A program made the translations under genes and the position numbers. The notes beneath the pieces are model-generated. The model did no database searches, was not told the DNA's origin, and saw only the letters and a program-made list of their open reading frames with translations. 64,000 bases of DNA from assembly GCF_006345805.1 (NCBI RefSeq), contig NC_043009.1, positions 62,000,001 through 62,064,000 on the forward strand. Reading direction: 5' to 3'. How positions within the stretch are numbered: position 1 is the first letter of the stretch; each line of letters opens with the position of its first letter. Positions 1 to 10,519 of this stretch are shown piece by piece. This DNA comes from Octopus sinensis (taxonomy: Eukaryota).

Positions 1-63
1 TGATCTCTGTCCAGACCCTAATTTATGCAAGGCTCTTACCAAGTGCCACAAGGAAAGGAACAG
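1..63 (+). CDS. MIB1: Mind bomb 1 E3 ubiquitin ligase, partial exon (end of ankyrin region)
   Basis: Frame from nt 2 reads DLCPDPNLCKALTKCHKERN, matching vertebrate MIB1 DLCPDPNLCKALAKCHKE; donor AG|GTAAGT at 64, phase 2. Confidence 0.93.
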
Positions 64-1095
64 GTAAGTCTCTGCAATGTGTTTCTGTATTTTATATCTC
101 TTTTTTTTTTCTTTTGGAATGTTGGATCTCGAAGCAGATAAAGCTATATATAATAGCATGTAAATATTGGGTTAAAAAAGCCTTTGGATAGAAAAGTTGA
201 AGGTTGCTCATGGGATATGAACCCAGTTTTTCCATTAACATGACAGACATTCTACCACTGGACCAAAGCACTCCTTTGAGTTTCTCTATCCATTTTATAA
301 ACTTTATTCTTACCAGTGAGAATTGTTTGTTCCTATGACATTACAAGAATTTATGAACTTAGAGAGAATGTAAAATAAGTCTTTTTTTGGAACAGTGAAT
401 CTCAAAGTAGATAAAGCTATAAAAAATAGTGTGTAAATATTGGGTTAAGAACCTTTTGGATAGAAGAAGTCAAAGGCTGATTGTATGTGTTTTATATTTT
501 TAAAACAGAGGAGAAGGGGAAGCACCCATGACTTGTTTCAGGTCCTTCATTATTGGTAAGAGAGAAAAGCTGGGGAGCTATCCTCAGGCCAGAGTCTGGC
601 CAAGATGTTTGCAACAGAGTTGATTCTTGTAAACACACCTAAAAACCACATGGGTGGTTTTTATATATTGGGTGACAGAATAAGTCTACAGAAAGTTGTT
701 CCCTGTAAAGTGGTAAGTGTAGAATGATCTTGGGACCGTTTTGACATCTCTTCCTTTAAATTCTGAAACAACTGAACTGTCATCCACTGGCAAACCACAG
801 AATACTGTATTGAAGGTTCTAAGGAACACCAGCACATACAGGTCAATAGGAAGAAACTATTTGTATCGTGATTTTTAATGTTCACCATTATCAGATGGAC
901 AGGGATTTGTGCCTCATCTACACCTGTAACACTACCACAATAACAACAACAGTAACCACAGTATAATGTGCTGTGATTCACTGAGATGGTCATTACATTG
1001 TAATTAATAATTCTTATAATGTTTTACGAAGTAGTTCACTCCACTACTTTGGAGGGAGACTGAGAATCATTTTGGTAATTCCTGTTATTGTTCTC

Positions 1096-1252
1096 ATCAT
1101 CATCGTTGTTGTTTAACGTCCGCTTTCCATGCTAGCATGGGTTGGACGATTTGACTGAGGGATGGCTGCGCCAGGCTTCAATCTTGATCTGGCAGAATTT
1201 CTACAGCTGGATGCCCTTCCTAACGCCAACCACTCTGAGAGTGTAGTGGATG

Positions 1253-1294
<42 letters not shown>

Positions 1295-1430
1295 CGTTAG
1301 GAAGGGCATCCAGCTGTAGAAACACTGCCACATCTGACTGGCCTGGTGCAGCCTTCGGGCTTCCCAGACCCAGTTGAACCGTCCAACCCATGCTAGCATG
1401 GAAAGCGGACGTTAAACGATGATGATGATG
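1096..1430. mobile_element. Two RTE LINE 3' tails in inverted orientation around (TA)n
   Basis: - copy 1096-1254 and + copy 1291-1430 share GGAAGGGCATCCAGCTGTAGAAA and AACCCATGCTAGCATGGAAAGCGGACGTTAAAC(GAT)n. Confidence 0.85.
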
Positions 1431-1509
1431 ATATATATAAGACAACCTGCAAACATTGAGGAGAACTGGTATTTCATTTGGTAATTTTTGTATTGTCCTA
1501 CATGTGAAA

Positions 1510-1800
1510 GCACATGGCCTAGTGGCTAGCGCGTTGCACTCGTGACCTAGCGATTGTGGGTTCGATTTCTACTGAGCAGCACATTGTCTTCTCGAGCAAA
1601 GCACTTCATTTCATGTTGTTCCATTTCACTCAGCCGTTAATGGGTAATGCTTCGACTGAGTAGCTTTTCAATCAGGAGAAATGTTGGTCTGCTCACATAA
1701 CCTGCCAGGTGGTGGCATCATTCGAAAGCTAAAACAATGTGAAGTGCATTGTGACCAGCAATGTATAACAACATCTGAGAGTCTGGTCGATCACATGATA
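1510..1800 (+). mobile_element. tRNA-derived SINE with CORE-like central domain
   Basis: A box TGGCCTAGTGG, B box GGTTCGATTTC; 3' part shared with the SINE at 57690. Confidence 0.65.
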
Positions 1801-3699
1801 TTGTCCCACATACTCCCCCATGTATATATAGTAGCCATCAGCATTCTCTCTCTACATCTATGGGGAGAAGGCCTGGTATTCATCTTCCTGTCAGTTTGAT
1901 ATCAAAGCATGTTGAGTAAGTATCACACAGTCCTATATTTATTTATTCTACAAGAAACTGAAGTGCAGCCAGTCTTGTTCCTGCAGAGGGTAACTAGCTG
2001 TAAACTAGTTGCATATTATGCGCCAATGAGATGGCCTGTGTGGAGTCACTCAGCATGCTAGAAATAGTAACCAAATGTTCTTCAAATCTTACTCTGCTAT
2101 GTTTTAAGTAAGAGGACATGAGAAAAGATGTGGTGATCATGACTGGAATGCCTTTTATTATAGGTCTGCTTGATGAGGGCCTACTTGGGACTAATTAACA
2201 ACCTAAGTATCAAATCGGCAGTAAACAGTGTGGAAGCTTTTATGTAGGTCACACGAGATGCTAACACGGCAATCAATCTGAAAACTACTGAGGTTGCATA
2301 GAATGCTGACACAGCAATTGCTGTGAAGGCTTCTCTGCAAGTTATGTGCTGTGTTGACATAGCAGCCCATGTGAGCACTTTTGTATAGATCCTGGGGCAT
2401 GTTGACATAGCAACCAATGTAAGAGTTTTTATGTAGGTCAGCTGACCTTTTATTAATCTTCCTTGATTAAATCTCTGTTGTACTATGGCTTTTTTGAGCC
2501 ATGGAGAGTTTATCTGATGGGACTACATAAAAGGTATCCAATTAACTGGGGACAAAACAAAACAAAGAAAAAGATACAAAAGAGCAAAATATAAAAAAAA
2601 AACTACTCCTATATTCACTTAGAAACATCAAAGAAGCAGGTCATTTGACAAAACTATCCTCAGCCCCAATTATGGCTTGGATGCAACAGCGGAAGCACCT
2701 GCATACCACTTACCATGCCTGTGGTGGCAAATCCCAATTAGTCCTTGGCACCATGGGAACACCAAGCATGTCCTGATAGCACATCAGATATTCAAATCCA
2801 ATGTGTTCAAATCAGGAGAAGTAGGCGGCCACATGACATTGGGCAGGAGATGTCACTTCATCATATGGTTCTCCTAGGTCTTGCCAGATTTGAACTGCTT
2901 TCTCTTCATCACATTAGACTTCTCCTTAATGTCATCGTCCACCTCATATCTGACAGTTAACTCTGTCTCTTTGACCTACTTAAGTTGTTGTTGAGGACAT
3001 CCTGGATAAAGTTGGCCATTCTGATGACATCTGATCTCAGAAATACTGAGAATGTTTCTTCCTCTTGACCACAAATGATAAGTTCTTAGCATTCACCTCC
3101 ACCTCTTTCCTAACACTGAACATGAAGGACCCAGCTACAAGTTGGCAATCTCTCAGTTGCTGTGGTTAATAGTTGGAAATTCAGGCCTGGCTTACTTTTC
3201 ATTTCCTCTGTCAGTTTGGAAGTTGTCATACTGATGCTGTTGAAATTTCTGCACAAGAAATGGGGAATTTAATATGTGGCACCTCTCAGGTAACAATAGA
3301 TTAAGTCAGCTTCCATTTAAGACTCACTAAAGTTTGTTCACTGTTGCAACTGTAACTGTAATTTCAGGCCTTGGTTACTAAACTAATAAAATATATTCCA
3401 CTAGATTCCAGCAAAGAAGAAAAGAAGTTGTAACTCGTTTTACTTGGATTAAGAGTTATACTATAATAGTCTGCAAAAACGAAACTGTCCATTAGACCAA
3501 AATCCATGAGTGAGAAAGCACCCAAGAAAGAGAGACTTATTTCCAGGGACACTACATGTTGCCACATTCACATGCTAAATAAACTATTGGTCATCTTTGT
3601 CACTAACTATAGATGCAGTAACGAGTGGGGACAATTTTGTAAATAATAATAATAATAATATTTATAAGCTTGAAGCTTATAAGGGATCATTGTAAGGCA

Positions 3700-3925
3700 A
3701 ATACCACCATGAGTGATATCCAAACTACAGTGGAAAAGGCAAGTCTCTGGATTTGGTTAAAGAGAGAGACGATGAGCAATGGCTTGAAGAATATTGAGCT
3801 AAATCTGACGACCAGTTGATCTTATAGGCAGGGCCTCATTTCAGTGAGGGGGAGCCAGTGTGCAATGATGCCGTTGAGAGGTAGGCTCCAAAATGGCAAG
3901 CATCTTCTCCTGATGACCCCATAAA
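3700..3925 (+). mobile_element. 3' remnant of a restriction-like-endonuclease non-LTR retrotransposon (HERO-like)
   Basis: Translates SDIQTTVEKASLWIWLKRE, resembling the HERO-clade C-terminal AEKASxWLWLKR motif (from recall). Confidence 0.5.
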
Positions 3926-4227
3926 CTAGCTGGCATCTGGTATGTGGAGCTTTCAACTAGTGGCACTTGCCTCTGCAAGTTGTTTGCAAAACATCACCGT
4001 GTACTGTCGGTAACATGTATTGTACCATTTTCTTTAGTCAGTACATGGTGATTGTTTGTAAGATTTAAGCTTATAAATATTATCATTATTTACAGACTTA
4101 CCACCAACATTCACAAATATTCAGTGTGCTCTGTACAGTTGTACATCTCTACTACAGTGTTGGGAATGTAGTGACCGTAGTGTAATATATTGCTGAGACT
4201 ATCGTATTGTAGCGTATATGTAGTATA

Positions 4228-4490
4228 ATAATAATGATGATGATGATGAAATTATTGTATACAGTGCTCAGGTGCACCACAACTTGTCAAAAGTGCATAT
4301 AAAGCATATGCAGTAATGTACAAATGTCTGGGAAGTGAACAGTGTGAGTCAGATATATGCTTGCATGTATATGGAGGGGAGAAAATCAGGTGTAGTGTTG
4401 GCGAATCTCAGGAAGCATGGAAGTTTTGAAGGATGCAGTGCTCCGACAACTAACAACTGATGCCGGCAGTTTGTTCCATGCTTCAGCAAC
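4228..4490 (-). mobile_element. CR1/L2-group LINE 3' end
   Basis: VAEAWNKLPASVVSCRSTASFKTSM..., then 3' UTR and (CAT/TAT)n tail; related pieces at 6443-6492 and 9010-9230. Confidence 0.75.
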
Positions 4491-4778
4491 TGATAGTGTT
4501 GGGATGTGTATTTAATTATAGTGAGAAGCTAATCAAAACTGGAAAGTAAACCAATCTGAAAACAACACATTGATGCTATATCAGACTGCTGGTCTGCCAT
4601 AGTGTCAATGACATCAGTACCAGACATGCAAGATGCTTTCAGACATTCTATTATGTCTGGGGGTGTATTGATGTTTTTGATTTATCATAATTTATGAAGT
4701 TTACTGCAAAGAGCCTACAGGGTTGTTACTGACTGGGAACAACATCAGTAAACCATATCGACATTTTATATTTAATAC

Positions 4779-5752
4779 AGCCTTTGACAGGGTCCCCTAC
4801 TCCCTTATCTGGTGGTCAGTGTGGAAGCTAGGGATAGATGAGCGGTTGGTGAGAGTTGTACAAGCCATATTCAGAGGTGCTGTCAGTAAGGTGAAAGTCA
4901 GCCATGAGTTTAGTAATGAATTCAGTGTACAGGTAGGAGGTCACCAATGATTGGTCATCAGCCCCCTCTTGTTCATCATAGTACTCCAAGCCATAATAGA
5001 GGAATTTAAGATGGACTGCACTTGGGAGCTCCTCTGTGCTGATAACCATGCTCTTATAGCTGAATCACTACCAGAACTAGAGGAGAAATTTCATGTGTGG
5101 AAGCAAGGTCTAGAATCAAAGGGCCTTAAAATTAATTAAGCAATGACCAGAGTGTTGATAAGTAGGAAAACAGACAAATTGCAAATCCATTCAGAGAGAT
5201 GGCCCTGCTTGATATGTAGAAAAGGTGTAGGTAGAAACCCGATAAGATGTACTTGGTGCAAGCTATGGACACATAAGAGGTGCAGCAGTATCAGATAAGG
5301 GCTAACAGAGAAAGCAGTCTTTGTGTGTGGCAGATGTGCAGGAACAATAAATAATGGAAATGTACAGAGAATAAAAGCTGCATAAAGATGTGCCAATCTC
5401 TAAATGTGGAGGGAACCTGTTGAAGAGGAAGACTTGAGACGATTGGTGAATGATGATCTTCAGTTGTTGAGTGTCTTGGAGGTGAGGACAAGTGACTGAG
5501 GCCTGTGGCGATTTGCTATGCTTGAGATAATGTGTCAAACCAAGTGAAATCGTGGTCATGGCCAGCGCCAATGACATGTAAGAGACATCCAGTACACTGT
5601 GTGGAATGGTTGGTGTTAGGAAGGGCATCCAGCTGTAGAAACCAAGCCAAAACATATGGATGGCGCCTGGTGCAGCTCTCCAGCTTACCAGCTCCACTCA
5701 AACCATCTAACCCATGCCAGCATGGGCAACAGACATGAAATCATGATGATGA
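4779..5752 (+). mobile_element. Degenerate RTE LINE (RT fragment, internal deletion, 3' tail)
   Basis: AFDRVP...SPLLFIIVLQAI...ELLCADN (YADD decayed)...GLKIN, with in-frame stops, ending in the (GAT)n tail. Confidence 0.88.
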
Positions 5753-5859
5753 TGTATTATGATTTTATTTTTTATTATTATTATTATTATTTTATTTTAT
5801 TTTTTTTTTTGCTATATTTCTGTGAATGTTTTGATGTATAACTCTGTGTTCTCCTTCAG

Positions 5860-6052
5860 TCCTGCTGTCACACCTCCAAATGCTGCCACAATTCGTAATG
5901 ACCAAGAAACCCTGGAAGAATGCATGGTTTGTTCTGACATGAAGCGTGATACCCTGTTTGGCCCGTGTGTCCACATTGCAACTTGTTCTCTATGTTCTCC
6001 TCGGGTTAAGAAATGTCTCATCTGCAAAGAGCCAGTCCAGTCTCGTACAAAG
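5860..6052 (+). CDS. MIB1: MIB1 exon, RING finger 1
   Basis: CCTTCAG| acceptor; [49 protein letters not shown]; donor GTAAAA; phase fits the previous exon. Confidence 0.96.
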
Positions 6053-6500
6053 GTAAAACATTGGTCGTTCTTCCTTAGAATATTTCTTATGTAATCAAAG
6101 TGGTTTCAAATTTGTAGCCACACAGGTACACACACACACACACAAACACATATTGTGATGAACTACATCTACCAATATAATTTATGGATCTCTAAACTCC
6201 TAGAAACAATTGTTGAACTTATAACACCTTTCTTCACTTGCTTTAATTTTCTCTGTCATTTGTACTCTGTGTAAATTGGATCTATTAATATAAATATCCA
6301 AATATATATACTTAAAAATGAATCGTCTGAAAGTCTCCACCCTTTGCTTTCGCTTGTTTTGCATATATACATATTTTGTATCCAAACTATTATATTTAAT
6401 ATATTTAATTTGTTTATCTGCCCAATTGCCTCTCTCTCTCTCTCTTGTGGTGCACCTGAGCACTGTATACAATAATTTCATTATTATTATTATATATATA

Positions 6501-6699
6501 TATTTTATAGAAGGAGCTTCTACAGGACTAGAACTGTTTCATTCAGATGAAATCTTCAGGAAGCTCTTCCTGAAGATTTCATCTGAATGAAACAGTTTTA
6601 GTCCTGTAGAAGCTCCTTCTATAAAATAAATTACTTTACTCTGCTGTGTATTGAGTACCTTATTTACTGTGGTTAACCCCGACTCAACCCGGGACCTAC

Positions 6700-6700
<1 letters not shown>
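6501..6700. mobile_element. Penelope-like element terminal repeat fragment in inverted (palindromic) arrangement
   Basis: 128-bp palindrome containing a hammerhead, followed by AATAAA and a unique tail, flanked by (TA)n; family assignment is inferred from the known PLE pLTR/hammerhead association. Confidence 0.5.
6514..6566 (-). ncRNA. Type I hammerhead ribozyme motif (mirror copy on + at 6566-6612)
   Basis: GAGCUUC-CUGAAGA-U UUC AUCU GAA U-GAAA-CAG UUCUAGUC CUGU-A-GAAGCUC: 7-bp stem I, intact core, 4-bp stem III, GUA cleavage triplet; stem II closing pair atypical. Confidence 0.62.
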
Positions 6701-6731
<31 letters not shown>

Positions 6732-6982
6732 GTGTAAAACACAAAGGATCCATATCCCTTACATATATGAACACTGTAGACATATCTCTAGAAATTTAAG
6801 TGCTACCCCTATAGTGGTCCCCTTATGTAATCAATCACACTTGTTTTTGTTGGGTAACTGAGGAAGATGACCTTGTGTTTTGAAAGGTCTGTTAAGGGTT
6901 GAATCGATACATTCTGTAGTTTTATCTTCAATTCCCCCACATCTATGTGAACCTAAGTCTTTTGTTAGTATTTAACGATAAA

Positions 6983-7112
6983 TCCGAGGTCGACTTTGCC
7001 TTTCATCCTTTCGGGGTTGATAAATTAAGTACCAGTGGCGTACTGAGGTCGATCTAATTGACTGGCCCCCTCCCCCAAAATTTCAGGCCTTGTGCCTAAA
7101 GTAGAAAAGAGT
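6983..7112 (+). mobile_element. SINE family B fragment (also 14915-15090 +, 33368-33570 -, 44745-44950 -, 62590-62795 -)
   Basis: Shared GGTCGACTTTGCCTTTCATCCTTTCGGGG...AAATTAAGTACCAG in five copies. Confidence 0.75.
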
Positions 7113-7176
7113 ATTTAATGATGAATATTTGAACCATTGCTCACTGTTATTATATGAGATTTCTCTTTCTTTCCAG

Positions 7177-7255
7177 ATTGAAGAATGTGTGGTTTGCTCT
7201 GACAAGAAAGCTTCCATCCTTTTCAAACCTTGTGGTCATATGTGTGCTTGTGATG
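7177..7255 (+). CDS. MIB1: MIB1 exon, RING finger 2 (first half)
   Basis: TTCCAG| IEECVVCSDKKASILFKPCGHMCACD |GTATGT. Confidence 0.96.
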
Positions 7256-7280
7256 GTATGTAACCTTTAACTTATTACTC

Positions 7281-7504
7281 CAGTGGTTCTCAATTGCGGT
7301 CCACATTGTTGTTAAAGTTTATTTGCAATAAATTGCTCATAAATTGCTTATACCATACCCCCAACTTTTTTTGTGCAATTCCTAGTAATATTTAATTCTA
7401 CAAATATAATGGGATTTTTCCAAACATCAAATGGCTGTGAAGGTCCGCCCAAGTAAAATTGGAATCAAAGGGTTCCATTGGTAAAAAGTGGCTGAGACCC
7501 ACTG
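7281..7504. mobile_element. hAT-like MITE
   Basis: Termini CAGTGGTTCTCA ... TGAGACCCACTG; no clear target-site duplication (TSD). Confidence 0.5.
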
Positions 7505-7649
7505 TCTCTATTGTAGTAGATTCTTGTATCTCTCTTACATTGATTTTCTCCCTACTCTCTGTCCACACCACTGTTTCTAAGTCATATTGATGGTGATGTG
7601 GTATACGGTAGTGTTATGGGACTAGTCATAGACTCTATGCTGTGATACT

Positions 7650-8023
7650 CTTTTACTTGTTTCAGTCATTTGACTGTGGCCATACTGGAGCACCACCTTT
7701 AGTTGAGCAAATCAACCCCAGGACTTATTCTTTGTAAGCCTAGTACTTATTCTATCGGTTTCTTTGGCCCAAACCGCTAAGTTACGGGGACGTAAACACA
7801 CCAGCATCGGTTGTCAAGTGATGTTGGGGGGACAAATATATACACACACACACACATACATATATACGATGGGCTTCTTTCAGTTTCCATCTACCAAATC
7901 CACTCACAAGGCTTTGGTTGGCCCGAGGCGATAGTAGAAGACACTTGCCCAAGGTGCCACGCAGTGGGACTGAACCTGGATTCATGTGGTTTGTAGGCAA
8001 GCTACTTACCACACAGCCACTCC
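7650..8023 (-). mobile_element. tRNA-derived SINE family A, full length (also 48720-49090 -, 42207-42363 +, 30885-31240 +, 11535-11690 +, 15355-15515 +)
   Basis: Head GGAGTGGCTGTGTGGTAAG...GGTTCAGTCCC, internal (TA/TG)n, tail GAAACAAGTAAAAGAG; many copies in the window. Confidence 0.85.
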
Positions 8024-8219
8024 TACACTAGTGATGGTATATAAAAACACATGCACTGCATATATATCAAAGAAATCATTTCACCTGCTGAAATATAAGG
8101 AGCATGGAATTAGAGCCCTTGCAAATTACTCCAAATGTGTGGTTTCACTGTCTCTAAGGACCTTCCCTAGTGAATGCACATCTTAAACATCAGATCTTCC
8201 TTTTAGAGCCAGGAAATAC

Positions 8220-8640
8220 TTTAACTCTCCCTTCCAACAACAGCAACTAACTTTTTACAAGTTTCAAGTGGCAATCACCCTGCTGTACTGCTCCCACATA
8301 GAGGACAATGCAGCTGCCGTTATACACATAAACAACATCCGGAAGGAAGCAGAAGGCTTCTTGACTGATTGGCATAAAGTCACTCACAGACATTCCCCAG
8401 TCTTTGTTCCATGGATGGGCTTGCTCTCTCTCTCTTCTTTGTTTTTCCTGCATCTACTGCAATGGCATCTATTCTTTGAAACTTGCCAGCCTCCCCTCAA
8501 GCATTCTCAACTCACTTATCTCTCTTCACCCGCATTATGCCCCTAACCCCATCTTCCTCCAAGCCATGCACTGATCACTACAGCTGGTCCTTCCTTTCGA
8601 AAGTGTTGGCCTTTTGGAATCCCCCTCTGCATACGTCTTA
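8220..8640 (+). mobile_element. Degenerate CR1/Jockey-group LINE ORF2 C-terminal fragment (related copy 36955-37430 -)
   Basis: Frameshifted YCSHI and LYKA...ELAGLVPPPLR post-RT motifs across the two copies. Confidence 0.55.
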
Positions 8641-9229
8641 TTTACAATGATTACCTTGTGATAATTTAAGCAGAACACTAATGCAATGAATCTCACTGGT
8701 CTTGAAGGGCCTTAAAGACCATGGGTCGCATCCCTTCCAGAAACAGCTAATAAAAAAAAAATGTATAGTAAGTGTTGGTATATAACTAGAGAAGATGGTT
8801 ATAAGTAGAAAGGGTTATGTGTGCAGCATTGGTGCATATGCAGTGGTAATGTGCATCATTAGTGTAGTACCATTCTTACACATTGGACTAACTGGTGCTG
8901 TGTTGAGCTAAAGCTGGGTTTAACACTGCTATGGTGTTGAGGTAAAGCTTGGGCTACACTAATGCCATATTTCTATCCAGCTTCCTCATATATACATATC
9001 TGTTGCCAAACAACAGCATTTTTCACTCAGAATTACTGAAGCATGGAATAAATTACCTACATCAGTTGTTAACTGTCGAGACATTACATCCTTCAAAACT
9101 TCCTGGCCTCCACCCCTGTTTCTTCTTTTTACTTTTAAGAGTTTTTCACTGTTCACTTCCTGTGCACATTCTATGTACTGTTCATACAGTTTTGGATTCT
9201 TTTCCTGATGAGTTGTAGTGCCCCTGAAC

Positions 9230-9570
9230 ATCATCATCATCATCATCGTTTAACGTCTGTTCTCCATGCTAGCATGGGTTGGACGGTTCGACCGGGGTCT
9301 GGGAAGCCAGGGGCTGCACCAGGCTCCAGTCTGATCTGGCAATGTTTCTACAGCTGGATGCCCTTCCTAACGCCAACCACTCTGTGAGTGTAGTGGGTGC
9401 TTTTTACGTGCCACCTGCACAGGTGCCAGGCGAGGCTGGCAACGGCCACGGTCGGATTGGTGTATTTTATGTGCCACCGGCACGGAAGCCAGTCGAGGCG
9501 GCGCTGGCATCGGCCACGAGTCGGATAGTGCTTTTTATGTACCACCAGACCAGGGATCCTGGCTGGTTCA
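9230..9570 (-). mobile_element. RTE LINE 3' UTR copy (similar: 13068-13380 -, 33075-33340 +, 36485-36855 +, 42652-43110 -, 58831-59113 -)
   Basis: Near-identical to the 3' UTR of the ORF-bearing copy at 10520-11490. Confidence 0.88.
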
Positions 9571-9590
9571 TACAATAACTTTATTATATA

Positions 9591-9977
9591 CTACCAGTAT
9601 AGCCTGGCATTGCTCGGGTTTGTTTTATAGTTGTGCTTAAAACAGCAGACTTTGATGTCACGTTAACAAAGTTTTGACATAGTTTCAATCTTTTTTTGGA
9701 AAGTAAAAATTTTGCATTGTATAGCTTGTTATTCTCTTTAAGTGAACATTTTTCTGGTTGAAATACACCGAAAAATGGCAACACAGCAGTAAAAAAATAG
9801 GGATTTTCATAGAAAAAAAGCTCCTTTTTGATGTAAATAATTTTTGGTGTTAACATGGTCCGATTTTTGGTCAATTTTGGTCAACTTCTGCTGCAGGGTC
9901 TCGGAGGAGATAGTGTTAGTTGAAGGCTACCAAACCTGCCATACACACACAGACAACTTCAACTTTATATGTATAGA
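9591..9977 (-). mobile_element. Non-autonomous Helitron (copies 24264-24570 truncated, 51566-51953)
   Basis: On the - strand starts A|TC TATA... and ends in a GC-rich CCCGAGCAA.GCCAGG segment then CTAG|T (GTAG in this copy); three similar copies, no TSD. Confidence 0.72.
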
Positions 9978-10073
9978 TTATATATGTAGTGATTTGAATA
10001 TGATATTTGTAAAACCTTAAGCTAACAACAATGAATAGAAACTAATCAAGCCTAATTGCTGTCTCGTTATCAG

Positions 10074-10160
10074 GCTGTGCTGCCTTAATGAAGAAATGTG
10101 TCCAATGCCGAACACAGATTGAGAAAACAGTTCCTTTCATTGTTTGTTGTGGTGGCAACC
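10074..10160 (+). CDS. MIB1: MIB1 exon, RING finger 2 (second half)
   Basis: ATCAG| (G)[28 protein letters not shown] |GTAAGT, phase 1-1. Confidence 0.95.
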
Positions 10161-10519
10161 GTAAGTATATATTATAATATCTATGTGGATGCATGCATGT
10201 ATGTATGTATATGTGTGTGTATATATAGTAATAATGAAGTCAAACCCAATAATGATATTTTGAAAGCATTTAATATTGCAAGCAAGGTTGGATTAATGCC
10301 ATGTCTGGTAAACGAGTGCCCACCACTGAAGTGATCCAATGAAATCGAAATCATGTGATCTTCTTGCAATGAGTGTGAAAGCACACTGAATAATCAACTA
10401 GAGGAGATGTCTTCCTAGGGTTAAAATAGCAGTATTGTTGGTTCTTAGAAAACACCCATGTTAAAATGGCAATAAATATTTGATGCATACATACATACAT
10501 ACAAATATATATATACACA

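Noticed and set aside
2212-2445. Motif TG(C/T)T(G/A)ACA(C/T)(A/G)GCA recurring every 45-49 nt, superficially CRISPR-like
   Set aside because: Repeats are degenerate, spacers resemble each other, the context is eukaryotic and there are no cas genes; an old minisatellite
2770-2835. Tc1-like WPPTSPDLN motif on the - strand
   Set aside because: Too short and decayed to delimit an element; no termini found
3020-3060. CTGATGA...GAAA hammerhead-like words
   Set aside because: No consistent stems I and III could be formed
6318-6742. Opposite-strand ORFs sharing the peptide YFIEGASTGL.LFHSDEIFRK..LKISSE
   Set aside because: A direct consequence of the DNA palindrome, not protein coding
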